Shown here: positions 22,643 through 36,248 of the stretch, in pieces
How the letters are laid out: each line of letters opens with the position of its first letter
How positions within the stretch are numbered: position 1 is the stretch's first letter
Assembly: GCA_020891255.1 (NCBI GenBank)
Contig: BQFW01000002.1
Location: 1,612,001 to 1,676,000 of the forward strand
Reading direction: 5' to 3'
DNA from: Entomortierella parvispora E1425
Taxonomy: Eukaryota; Fungi; Mortierellomycota
DNA length: 64,000 bases
Notes under the pieces: model-generated
Databases searched by the model: none
The model's input: the letters and a program-made list of their open reading frames with translations, nothing else
What the model was told of the DNA's origin: nothing
Program-made: the position numbers and the translations under genes

Positions 22643-23070
22643 CTATCGCTTGCGCTCAAAGTATTGCGATGCTGAAAGGAGGATAATGCTCTGGTCCATG
22701 ATCCACTCTCCAAGTCCGAGATACTTTTCCACGGCCGAGCGCATGTCCTTACTCTCGATTTTGCTACTGGCCACACTGCTCATTCCAGAACAACAAAAAT
22801 AGCAAGAAGATATGTTAGAGAAGAGTCAAGGTGGAATCATGCCTGTTGTCCTGTATTCGAACGACTGTTGTTCATACGTCAAACCCTAGGTTGAAGAAAG
22901 TGAAAAGTGTATACGACGTGTCAAAAAGAGCGTTTTAGATTCTCATTGCCCTGACATGGTTCAGTCCATGAATGTCATTGAAGTGAGCTTACAGTGCTGC
23001 GTTTAATGCCCGCCAGGACTGCGGAGATCAGAATGGCGTCCGCCGCGTAGTGAATGAGCTTCCCGAACAT
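22643..23070 (-). CDS. DUF1748-family small fungal protein, 72 aa
   Basis: Exons 23070-22993, 22885-22878 (8 nt), 22775-22643: MFGKLIHYAADAILISAVLAGIKRST|GLT|VASSK..KYLGLGEWIMDQS..FERKR*. Confidence 0.85.
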
Positions 23071-24602
23071 GAGTTTATTGGTGTTGTGATGTCTATCAAG
23101 GAGAAGGGTGTAGGTAGGTGTTGTCCAATGGTGCGCAAGAGACGATGGTTTGGATGTGAGTGAAAATGAATTGGTTTTTTGCATGCATTCAATTTTCAAA
23201 ATTATTTCATCCTAAATAGACGGTCAATGGCCCGTGCGTTCGGGTCACTTTGGAGCCGTGTTGTTGTATGTTTCCAGGCGTTCCCTTTGTGCATGGTTGT
23301 CTGCAAATGGTGAACAAGATTCAACATTCCTCTCTATCCTTCATCCTTTATCACTTTTACAGCTATCCAGGTTTTGGAAGGAAGGTGAGGTTTAAGACGG
23401 GAGACTCGCAATCGTCTTTTGGATGTCTTCTTCTGTATCAGTGCAAGTGATTGAACGTACATGGAAAGGATAGGCAGGACTCTTTGGAAGGCGACAACAG
23501 GGCCGACTCCCAAGTTGCTGGATTGATCCTCTTGATCTGGCTGTCGAGATTTGCGATCGGTTCTATGTAATGCAGGTAATTCGCTCTGTCCAGGGCCTCT
23601 GGTGACGAGGAACGAAGGGCGAAAGGGGTGAGATGAAACCCCTGGATTGGAAGCGCAGGACAGGAAAAAGTAAAAAAAAAAGGGTTCGATCATTTGATTT
23701 TCTTCAATGCCCCAACGTTTTCAACCCCTGGAAAACTAACTATCTCCATGCCGTGATACTGGCCTGGATGTGATTCTGACTGTCCTTTCGGAAAGCAGGA
23801 AGATCTCACAGAAACGAGGGTTCTTCAGGGGTCAGTGTCAAAGGTTCCAACGGAGAAACCAAGTGCAGTCCATCCGATCGAATTTGAAAAGTCGGGTTGG
23901 AAGTTTAGGGCCCAGAGTCAGAGAGGAAGCCTTGATCGAATATCACAGGTGTTGACTCAACTTCACTGTCACCCTAGTTTCCCTAGTTAGAGTATGCATG
24001 AGCCGCCTTGGGGCTATGCCTCTGTCTATCGCTATGAAGAACGTGGTGGAGCAACGTGGTGTATTCCCCAGGGTTTGGTGTTTTCATGTTACATACTCAT
24101 TCCATCTATTCTGGTACAATGGATGGATCGAATTGCTCGCCAGAAATAGACAGAAGCAGGGGAGCTGTGGCGCACGCATTGCACAGCCCCGTTGTCAAGC
24201 TAGAACAACTATTTTGCGAAAGAAATAGTTCAATCTTCCATCATTTTCCCCTAGCCCAACTGTCATCTTTTGACATAAAAGAGTGCGCATCCCCTCTTTC
24301 TCTACTCCTCATCTTATTTTTTCTACCAGTTTCAAACTTATCCCCTATCTCGACATTTCTATAATTCAAGTAGCGAATCCCGTTTCAATTATCATATTGC
24401 CCCTCTGTCCGTTCAAGGTAGATCTCGTAATCATGGATGGCAGTCTATTTCATGAACAGTTATCCTCTTTGGCCTACTCATTTCCGAGCCGCAAATTGCA
24501 ACTACTGATTGTCGCGTGGAGTTCTAATCCTCTTCTTTCTCTTCTCCCTTCTTCTCTCTTTCTTCTCTTCTTCAATCTTTTTTGTAGCACCCAGTCGTCG
24601 TC

Positions 24603-25418
24603 ATGATTCTTCCAAAGTCCATTGGCCTCGTCCTGTTCTTGATCGTCCTTGCTTTGATGGCACCATTGTCGGTCATGGCCGGTGGCAGTTATATTGCTTC
24701 CATTACCATCGATCAGTTGGAAAACGCCTTCGCAGGCCATTGTCCCAACAGCACACATGGAGAAGTCATCTCTTGCGTGGACGCTCTGCCCTACATTAAT
24801 GCCGCTATTCAAAAGTAAGGAAGGGCGAAAAAGTACTCATCTTCCTCTTTCAACACTCGGAGCAATTACTGATCCTAGACCGCCTCGTTCTCGTTTAGAT
24901 ACAACCTCAAAACTAGAGGACAGCGCGCGGCTTATCTTGCAACGATGGCTTATGAGGGAGGATATCTTCAATATGACCGGAACTTGGTAATCTCTACTCA
25001 AGGAAGTAAGTAGAGTGCAGCATGGTGTCACTTGGACTCTATCCGACAGAGCTGCGAAAAGGTACCCTTACTGACATGCCATTACTCAAAACATTAATGT
25101 ATAGCACGATCCATCATGCCAGCTACATCACTGAGAGTGTTTGTCAACGCCAACGAGTCCGTTCAAAAGTACTGGCCCGGATTTCCCGCGAGCGTAAACA
25201 ATGCCACGATTGTGGACGTGCTTATCCAGAACAAGGCCGACTTTGAGCCTGGTGCTTGGTGGACGGTCTCGGGTCCTCATTGCGCCAAGGTCGCGTCTCG
25301 TCTCTCAGACTCCGTGAGTAGCTTTGTAACGTGGGAAACCACCTGCATCAATGGTGGAGCCGATACAGTCGAGGCTCGAACGGCGATCTATACCACTGTC
25401 TATCAGGCCATTGTCTGA
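24603..25418 (+). CDS. Secreted lysozyme-fold/GH19-like protein, 210 aa
   Basis: Exons 24603-24814, 24899-25005, 25105-25418. Signal peptide; YNLKTRGQRAAYLATMAYEGGYLQYDRN and QG|TRSIM motifs; GAWW. The gene is well supported; the family call is tentative. Confidence 0.7.
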
Positions 25419-25593
25419 GCAAGGACAGTTCCAAAAAAAAAAGAATGGTCCTTTGAAATTAAAAATTGGTGGCAAAATAAATGTCTCTTCCCAAGTCACG
25501 CATGCGCATTTCCCATTCATCCTAAGGACACATCTTACCTTGAGAAGAACAGCAGCACCCCGCACCTCGGCACTTCATTCACAGGAATTCACC

Positions 25594-26391
<798 letters not shown>

Positions 26392-26455
26392 AAAGCCAAT
26401 AAAAGACGGTGTGGGGTTCTATTGTTAAATTATATTACAATAATCTTTGGAAGTG

Positions 26456-28130
26456 CTAACGGCGACGACTGTGTCGGTCGGCACGGTCACTACGGTCGCT
26501 ACGATCATAGTCCTCTCTGTGGCTGCTACTCCTTCTCTTTGGGGACCTTGATCTTGATCTTGACCTTGATCTTGACCTTTTTCTGGGTCGAGCCGGTGAT
26601 CGAGATCTTGATCGAGATCGGGATCGCCTACCCTTGGATGATCTCTTGTGGTGGCGCCTGTCCTCGTCACTACTAGGGCTGTCATCACGGTGTTTGGATT
26701 TTCGTTGCTTTGATATCGTAGAGGGTGTATGTACTTTAGTACGAAAATAACACAGAGGAAACATGGTATGTGGTCATTGGTCTTGTGTCATTACCTTGCG
26801 AGATCGCATCAACGCCAGTGCATCCTCTAGACTTTCTACTTTGGCGTCTTTCGGGTCTTCGTTGCGCCTCCTGGGACTCGGGCTACATTGTATAAAGGTG
26901 GTAATCAACCGTTAGCTCATGAGCCAAATATAAGCGGCAAGGTTCATTTTGGAATCGACTGGTTTTACCTTCTTGATCGTCCGCGTCGACGCTCTTTATG
27001 CCGACTTGAACTGGAGGAAGGTTTTTCTTTGTGGTCTCTTTTCCTGTCCTTATCCCGACTCTTTTCCTTTTTCTTGTTGTCCCTGTCACCCTTGGCCGAG
27101 GCACTCTGCATGATCAGGTTGTCCTCTTCATCGTTGTCCTCCAGCAGATCAAATTTTTCGCCCATGGAAAAACACTCGACAGCCAAGTGTCCAGCGGCAC
27201 CGCATTTTTTGCAGGTGGTTTTGAGCAAGACTCCACCTTGCTCGATCGAGATGGGCGCTTTGTCCATGAATCCTCCATGAACGCGCTTCCTGTCCTGTTC
27301 TCCAGTTTGTTGAACCAAGTTTGGATCTACTCGCCAAAAACGCATATCGAGTTAAGATATCAGCTTCCAGGATAGTAATGTTATCCAAAGCGCGCATTGC
27401 GGATCAAAAAAAAAAAAAAAAATAAAAAAAATACACCGCCTTGCTCCGTACCTAAATCCTGACCGTCTCCTTGACTAACATATTTCATTGAGAGCGCGAT
27501 CTTGTCATCCTGAAGACTGGTGACCTTGACCTGTTGAAGAGGAGGAGAGAGGATGTTTCAACCACAATTTCAGGAATGGATTTTTCGGCTTTCTTTTTTT
27601 TAAGTATGTGTGTGTGTTTTCTTACCCAGACTTTGTCTCCCACAGCAACGACATCCGATACGTTTTCGGTAAAGTGCCTGCTGACCTGCTTCTTGTGGAC
27701 AAGACCATGTCTTCGGAAACCTGGGATCTCGACAAAGGCACCAAAGTCTATTTTTTATGATCAATCACAGTTAGCCAAGCCCGTCGCTGGCTGTTTTTAT
27801 GGTGGCTATGTTGGATCGCAAGGTTGGGCCAATCCAATCCCCTTGCAGGGCGTCAAAAGAGCCAAGACTGTCTGAGGAGTCGACCGACCGACAGCAGACA
27901 ACAGCCAACAAATACAGGCACGAGGACGGCGCAGACTAGCAAAGACGAAAGAGAAAAAAAAAAAAAGACGCATTACCTTCAATGCGCACAACCTTTCCGT
28001 GGTGGATTGAGTAGAGATCAGGCATGGGGCCAGGATTGGCGCCATCTCTGGATCTGTCTCCGAATGAGGGTTTATTGGCAGAGCCTCCTGTGGCCTTGAA
28101 CTTTTCGAAAGCCTCGAGCTGCGAGTCCAT
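26456..28130 (-). CDS. ZCCHC17: S1-domain + CCHC zinc-knuckle + RS-rich nucleolar protein (pNO40/ZCCHC17-like)
   Basis: Spliced: LYSIHHGKVVRIE|DFGAFVEIPGFRRHGLVHKKQVS..VGDKVW|VKV..IALSMKYVSQGDGQDL|DPN..TTCKKCGAAGHLAVECF, then K/R- and RS-rich exons. Confidence 0.85.
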
Positions 28131-28626
28131 TTGTGGGAATGAGTGATGGGATGAGGGGGGAACAGGGAAAGACACAGTCAGAGAGCAGGCGAGTCTGTGC
28201 CTGGGGGAAAAGGGTGACAGCGAGGGACAGGACAGCAGTGCAGTCTGCGCTCATTCCGTTCGGCGGCTTCATTTCTCTGCGCGTGGACTTGCCTCTTTTT
28301 CCTTTTGTGTCCCTCTTTTTCTCTCACTTCCGTCTTTCTCTCGCTCTTGTTCTCTCGCTTCCTTCTTTCTCTCACTCTCGTTCTCTCATTTGCTTCTTTC
28401 TTTCTCGCACTCTCTCACTCTCTCACTTTCTCACTTTCTCACTCTCTCTTTCTTGCCCTTCCTTCTCTTCTTGACTTTCTCCCTTTCTTTCTTCTCTTTC
28501 TTTGCTTTCTTCTGTCGTTGTTGTCCCTTCTCCTCATCACTGGCCAGCTGCATCTCTTTCCTCTTCTTTCACTTTTTTGACTTCTCATCTCGACTCTCCA
28601 TCTCATTGTCCAACCACCCAACAGCC

Positions 28627-31600
28627 ATGCAAGAGATCGAGGTCCCGCCTAGGGACGTCTTCCAACACTATGTCCATGTCGACCAGCCAGGGAAGACTCT
28701 TGTCTGGTGGTTCTCGACAAAGAAAAAGAACATCTCCTTTGGTCTCTACTTTCGCAAATCCTCAGCTGTGCCCTCCCAGCTAAAGTCAAACGCCCAGGCA
28801 CCGTCCCTCACGTCCGCCACCCCTCCTTCCAGTGCACTCAGCCAGCACCAGCGCGGCCATTCCTCCACCTCTCCTTCTTCCCAGCACGCCACCATCCCAG
28901 CACACGCACCAACACACCAGTCCAGACCCCAATCCATCACCTCACGACCCTCCCACTCAAAGGCTAACAGCTCGGCAAGCGGCGGAGTCCTGTCGTCTTC
29001 ACCGAAAAAGTCCAGCCGGATCAGCCATTATGCCTCCAGTCGAGGGTCAGGCAGCGCAGAGACCAGTGCCAGTGATGATGATACGCCCACCCACAGCGCA
29101 GGCTTGCAAAGCCCCAGTCAATCGTCCTTGCCCTCGACAACGCAGCCATCCCTGCGCAAGAAGAAAACGGTGGCCAAACTCAAGGACCCCGACCTGGTCG
29201 AAATCCTCCCCATTCAACATTACGATTCCAGCTCAGGCCCTGTCCGTGGTGAACACACCATCAAGGAGGAAGGAAGCTATGTCCTTGTCTTTGGTAAAGG
29301 AAAAACAAAGGATCGACGCTCAAGCCTTGTTGTTTTTTGGGTTCTTTTTTCCTGGTTTTTTATTGATCCGAATAGGCTGGTCCAGTTTGCAAGGACTAAG
29401 CAACATCAACAGCAGGCTTGCTAAACTACGATATCTTTTTTTTTACTATAGACAACTCGTTCTCGATCAACACTTCCAAACGGCTGACCTTTTTTGTAGC
29501 GTTGGAAGAACGTGGACCAAAGTTAATGTCACAGCCCACATCCGAGATGTCTGGCTGGATGTTAAAAAAGAAGCGCAAGCGCATGCAAGGTAAAACCATG
29601 CCCAAAAAATGAGACCACATCCTCTCCCTACTCCCCACCCTCTGAAAACACAAACACGCGCGTCAGGGAACGGCGTCAAGATGAACACATCGCTCAAAAA
29701 CAAACATTCGGGCAAGATTTTATGCGGGGGGATGGAAAGAGTTGAGCAGCACATGTTGCAGAACCGTTGTGTTTCTAGCCCGAGTTGGCGTACAGAGCAA
29801 AACGCTCGGCGAAGCACGGATAGCACGGATCGACTCTCTGTCCACAGAGTCAACATTCGATTTAATTCGATCGAGTGGGGAATGAACAGCAAGAAAATTA
29901 GAGAGCCAACACATGTGTTCGTTGTGGGGTGATTGCTGGGAGAAAGCAATCGGGGCTCTCAAAGCATTCGTTTCTCAGACAAAGTTGTGGAGATAGAGTT
30001 GGCCAGCTAACAGCAGTGTCGCTTTGGGTTGACTTTGTGCTCGTGTTTTTTTGTTTTCTATCTTATCTTGTAGGTTGGGCTAAACGCTGGTTCCAGATCG
30101 ACAATGGTATTCTGTCGTATTCAAAGTTCCAGAACGGGCCATGCAGGGGAAAGGTTCATCTCGTCCTCTCCACTGTCACGGTCAGTCAGGCCTCCAACAT
30201 GATCCATATCGACTCTGGAACTATGGTTTATCACCTCAAGGCCCTGACATCGGATGACTACCGGGCCTGGACCTCCATCATCAAAGAATTCAAGTCGGCC
30301 GAACACAGGGCTGTCCAGGATTCTGTTCATCGGATGACGCTTCGTGATTCAGCATCTGCTCATAAACGGACTCAATTGCGCAACAGTTGGATCGCTAGCA
30401 GCAAGGATCTGGATCAGCTTAAGGAGACCATGTCGGCCATGGATGCTGGATTCCGCAACATCAAAGAGCAGTTGGATTCTTTCCGTGCACAGGCAGAGTC
30501 TATCTCGAATGGCAAAGACTCTAGGGAGCGTCAGTCCTCTAACGACAGCAAGTTCAAGCTTCGAAAGTTCAGTCTGCCTTCTTTACAACGAAGTAAGTCT
30601 AAGGATCAAATAGTCTTTAGTCCAGGAGATATTTCTCAGCCTCATGGTTGACTGATATGCGTTTTTTTTAAATTTCAAATTCGGCACACTTTAGCCACCA
30701 GCGATGGCAGTATCTCTTCAGCACTGTCCCTCGAGAGTGTGCATTCAAAACTCCAAGCGTCATTTGTCAAACTGAAGACTGACAAGGAAAAGGCATTTGA
30801 GCTGATGCGATCCGAGATGGACAGATGGGAGCAGAACGAGAAGCATTACCGACAACTCTTGGCAGAGAATGAAACATTGGCTATGCATCAGCATCGGCCG
30901 GCCGGAGAACGGTCAACACTCTCGAGGCTTGCTCTGGAAGAGGCCTTTATCGCCCACACCCGAACTTCCATGATCTCAGACCGGGCAGACTCCATCACCT
31001 CTTCCCTTCATACTGGAGGCTCGGATGTGTTTTACGATGCCATGGAGGAGGATGGTGTGTTGACGACCAACATGTCTTCTACTGACCTATCGGACCTAGA
31101 GGGCGAAGGATTTGATGACCATGACGACAATTCAAGCGACGAGGACGAGTTTGTAGACGGACAAACACATTCACTTGAGCCTGCACCTCCTAAGCCACGA
31201 TCTGTACTTGAAGAAGGACCTATTGTGCGGCGATCAGCCCTCCCTGCCCCCGTCTCCGGAGAAGATATTTCACTTTTGTCGATTTTGAGGAAAAACGTGG
31301 GCAAGGATCTGTCCACGGTCGCCATGCCTGTGTCGCTCAACGAACCCATCAATGTGTTGCAGCGATTGTGCGAGGAGCTCGAATATAGTGAACTCTTGGA
31401 CACGGCTGCCAAACTTCCGGACAGCCTGGAGCGCATGGTCTATGTAGCAGCCTTTGCGGTGAGTGGCTACGCAAGCTCACAATGGCGTGCAGGACGAAAA
31501 CCCTTCAATCCTCTTCATGGCGAGACTTTTGAGTACGTTTGCCCAGAGAAGGGATTCAAGTTTATTTCTGAAAAAGTCAGCCATTACCCTCCGGTCATGG

Positions 31601-32476
31601 CCTGTCATGCCGAGTCGACCCACAACTGGAGCTTGTCTATGGATTCGAGAGCAAAGACCAAGTTCTGGGGAAAATCCATGGTATGTTGACCTTTTTTTTT
31701 TTTTTTTTCAGTCCTTTTTTTCCCTCAAAATTATTAACTTTTTTTTTTTTTTTTTTTTTTCTTTGGTGGCAATGCTCTAGGAACTCATGCCCAACGGCAC
31801 GATTCACATTTATCTTCACAAGTATAATGACCACTATACGATCGTCAAACCTTCGACCTGGATGCGTAACCTCATGGCAGGAACGAAATATCTGGAGCAC
31901 ACGGGGGAGCTCAAGATTACGAACCACACGACCAAGGACACCTGTGTTTTGACTTTCAAGGAATCTAGTTTCTTTTCAGGCACCAAGCACGAATTGCATG
32001 GCCATGTCATGGCTCCTAACGGCGCCAAGAAGAGGACGCTTCAAGGTCGATGGAGCGAGTCTCTGCTGGAGGAGGTGGCGCCCAACAAACTGGAGCGACT
32101 CTGGAGATGCAATGCCCCACCCCCCAACCACGAACGGTACTATGGTTTCACAGAGTTCACGACCCATCTGAACGAGATCACCCCCGGTTTGGAGGCAAAG
32201 TTACCCAAGACCGATACCCGCTTCCGACCTGATCAGTCGCTTTTTGAGCGCGGCCAAGTCGAAGAGGCCGATAAGGAGAAGCTGAGGGTGGAACAGAAGC
32301 AGCGTGAGCTTAGAAAGGCCATGGAGTCCCGAGGGGAGGCCTGGCAGGCTCGATGGTTCGAGAAGAAGGTGGATCCTCAGACAGAGGACCCCGAGGGCCA
32401 GACCTGGGTCTACAAGGGCGGCTATTGGGAGGCTCGCGAGAATGGAGAGTGGAACGAGAAGATTGCATTGTGGTAA
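28627..32476 (+). CDS. OSH3: Oxysterol-binding protein, Osh3-like (GOLD, PH, FFAT, ORD)
   Basis: GOLD: [16 protein letters not shown]; PH: [13 protein letters not shown]|WAKRWF; FFAT-like: DVFYDAMEE; ORD: [28 protein letters not shown]. Confidence 0.92.
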
Positions 32477-32680
32477 ACACACTCGTACATAATAATGATA
32501 ATAATAAAAAAAGAAATGATGCATCCGAATTCCTCCCTTTCACTTATCCTTCGGTTAGCTGATATCATGGAGCTGTCAACTGCTACCTCACAAGCAGCCA
32601 CTTCGGGACACTTTGGATACAATGTGGTGTATTATTGATTATGTTGTATTGACATGGCATGGCATAGGGCCAAAGAGTTC

Positions 32681-34729
32681 TCAGAACAAGTTACGGATCG
32701 CGCGAATCAGCTTCTTGAACACGCCAACGCGCTTCTTTTTCCTCTCCACAGGGGCCTCCCCCTCTGGAGAAGAGACCTCAGCTGCCTTGTCCTGCTTCTT
32801 GGCACCCTTGCCAGTGTCGGGCAACAAATCACCCTCACACATCTCCTTGTATTCACGCTGACCCTGTTGAACAATCTGCTCCACTTCCTTGGGGTCCTTA
32901 GGGGCTGTGGTGATGTTGTCAACAGAACCATCGGGTGCGATCAGAACCACGTCCTCAATGCGAACACCACCCACGCTCATGTATCTCGAGAGCGTGGGCT
33001 CGTCCAGGTACTGGGCTTGGTAAGGAGTAGCGAGAGCACGTTCAATCTGGGCTGGGTTAAAGTAGATACCAGGTTCGACTGTCAAGACCATGCCAGGCTC
33101 CAGCTTTGTGGTTGGGGTCGCAAAGGTCGAGACACCGGTTGCCTTATGACGACGGCTTGAAGGTGGGGGCAGCAAAGGCAACTCGGACTGTTCGATAGTC
33201 TTGAATGACTTGAGAGAGTGAAACTCCACAGGGGAGGAAGAGGAGGCAGACTCTGAGGTAAACTTGGGTGGGATTTGGACCACCAAGCCAAGGCCATCAT
33301 CATGAACGTTCAAGCCCAAGAGATGACCGAGACCGTGGGGGAAGAAGACCCGGATAATGTTGCTTTCAAACAGATCTGTATCGTCGCCGACAAGAATGCC
33401 CGCCTTCTTGAGTCCACGGATACCAATCTTCTGAGCCAACACATTCATGTCCCTCCACTCGATTCCCTTGGACATGGATTGGATCACAGTCTATGGTATA
33501 CAGATAACAGAAAGACAGTATTAGTCAGGAATTAAGTTTTTTTCTTCCACTTCTTTGGTTGGCCATCTGCGGTACTCTTTACTTACGTTTTGCATCTCCA
33601 GCACAAGGTTGTAAATGGTTGCCTGCTCAGGGCTAAACTTTCCGCTAACAGGGAAGGTTCGGGTCACGTCTGAACCATAGCAATCGGCCTCACATGCAGC
33701 GTCAATCAAGACGAGGTCTCCATTTTTAATCTGGGTATCGTTGCGGGTGTAATGCAGGTAAGCCCCATTGACACCAGCGCCAACGATGGGAAGGTATGCC
33801 TGGGCCTTGGCTCCTTGACGAGCACACTCGTATCGGAAAAGAGCCTCGAGCTGGTATTCAAACATACCCACGCGAGCAGATTTCATGACCAATCGATGCG
33901 CATCTGATGTAATGCGAGTCGCTTCCCGAGAGAGCGCAATCTCGATAGGCGACTTGTTGATACGAGCGAGGATCAACGCCTCAAAGAGGGTGGTCTCCTT
34001 GGGCTCGTCTCTATCCTTGTCGTGTCTGTGCTTCTTGTGATGATGGTCGTGATGATGGTGATGATCGTGGTGGTGGTGTTGGAGGTGATGGTGGTGACCA
34101 CTGCGGTGGCCGTGGTGATCGCCATAGGGGCCATGGTCGTGTTGTGGTCTGTGCCAGGGACCTCTGCAGCGATCCCTGGGATGGTCCTTGGCCGATGACG
34201 AGAAGGAGAGGGAGGATGGTGCAAGAAGGTCGTTGCTCTGACGTGGGCGAACGAGTCGATGAGCAATATAGTGCTCAAGCTCATGTTGTTTGGCCTTGTT
34301 CTCGAGTGGGTGGCCCTTCTCGGGTTGATTCAATCCATGGATCTGCTTGGGCTTTAGCTCTTTCAAGAGATCCAGCAGACCCGAGTACCGCACAATGTGA
34401 TCGACATCAAAGCGCTTCAACAGCTCCTTATCCGAGGCATCGGGGCCCTTCCAGATGGCCTTGACTGGATCCTGGTCAGGTGCGATGAGGTAGGACTTGT
34501 TGGTCTCGAGGTCGAAGAGGAAGAAGAATTCGGCCTCTTGGACACCTGTGAGATAGAGAAAGTTGCTCTCCTGACGGAACTCAAGTTCAGTGTCGGTGTT
34601 GTCCCTGTTCTGGACACTTGTGCCCTTGGCCAGGATGATGGCTTCGTGGCGAGAGCGGTCTGAGAGGAAAGAAGCGACCTTCTCGCAGTGAAGCTTGGAG
34701 GGGTACTTGAGACCAGTTCTGGCGAGCAT
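32681..34729 (-). CDS. Xaa-Pro dipeptidase/aminopeptidase P (M24B) with a poly-His insertion
   Basis: AMP_N FRQESNFLYLTG; metal ligands DAACE, SDVTRT, HGLGH, TVEPG, RIEDV intact; one intron (EMQN|TVIQ). Confidence 0.9.
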
Positions 34730-36248
34730 GTTGGAGGCAAGGGAATGGAATGGAATGGAAAGAGGGGGACGGTCAGGAGAAGACGAGACGGAATGGAGAC
34801 GAAGGGAGAAGAGAGAAGGGAGAAGGGAGAAGGGCGAGTTGGTTGGAAGAAAGAAGAGGAAAGAGGAGGATGAAGAGCAGAAGGAGGGAAGAGTGCGCAG
34901 AGAAGAGAGAAGAGAGAGGAGGGAAGAGAAAAAGAAAAAGAGACTCCTGGGAACAGTGAGAAAGTGAGAAATGAACACAAATGAAAAACAGCTGAGAGAA
35001 AAAGAAGGTTGCAGGGACGGGAAGAGCGCCCTCGTTTCTCTCTGCCCGCTGGAGGATCGCGACCGCTTTTGGAAGACATTTTCTCGATTTCGATCTGTCG
35101 CGTCTTTTTTTCTTTCTTTTCTTTGATCGCTGTCGCTCTTCCTTTTCCCCTTTCCTTCGCGTCCTTATTCACCACGTTCCCCGATGGTTAGAAATGCTAG
35201 AGAATCAGGAGACGAAAGGGTCACTTGCGATGTTTGTCGGGAAAAAGGCTGGAAGTTGGGCGGCGCGCTCCTGGTGTCTGTTCAGCCAAGCGAACCTAGC
35301 TCTCTTCGGAAATCCCGTTTGTTTCTTTGTGACTGTACTGTAACAGCGCTCCCGGTGGCTTCAGGTCTAATCTCTTCCTCCACGGAGGTGGACAAATGTT
35401 GATTCCCCTTCACGCGTCAAATGCGCAACTCAAACCACGCCAGAATCCCTGCGGTAAAGTGAAAACCTGTTCCTTTTATCGCACTATCAACAAACGCGGT
35501 CCTTCACGGTGCTGTCTGCATGACTATGTTGTCTTTGTCGTCTCCCTATATCCAAAATGATAAAATCATACCTATCAGTGGATCAGTGGTTTGTCGCTCC
35601 ATGCGCACCGTACTCCTACGCCTTAATGGTCTATGGTCTTTGTGTCTGCTGTGTTTTTCGGAACAAACCAATTGGCAGTTTGTTGCGAGTTTAAATGACC
35701 GAGAAACTAGTGAGGTCTGGCTTTTCCTTTGTTCAACAATGATGGAGGAAAGTCAGCGGCTTGGTGGTCAAGGCACTGGAGGTGGCTGTGATTGTGGCTG
35801 TGGGACAGAGGGACTGTTTCGTGAGGGCGATGAAGACAAGAGTGGTGGAGTTGGGTGCCAGAGAACAACGAAAGGTCGAAAGGATGTTCGAGAGAGCACC
35901 ACGACTCCCAAGATGCTCCAAAGTAGCCTAAAAAAGTTAACGCTCTTGTGGCAGTGGTGGGCTGGGGCATCATCGTCGACAATATTGCTGGCTAAAAAAA
36001 ATAACAACACACAGAAAGGCTCACAAGCGACAATGGTGCCCCTGCAAGTCGTACATGCACACAACATATCCAAGTGACCAAAAATTACTCTTCGTCCCCC
36101 ATCGACCTCTATCCCGCCGTCTTGCCTTTTGTCATCCAAGCCCTTTTCTTCCTCCCCTACTCCCCTTCTTGCTCTCTTTCTTTTGCTATTCCCTTGAAGT
36201 GCCCTCCTCTCCCTTCCGCCTCCCTCCCACCTCCTCCCTTCTTGATTG

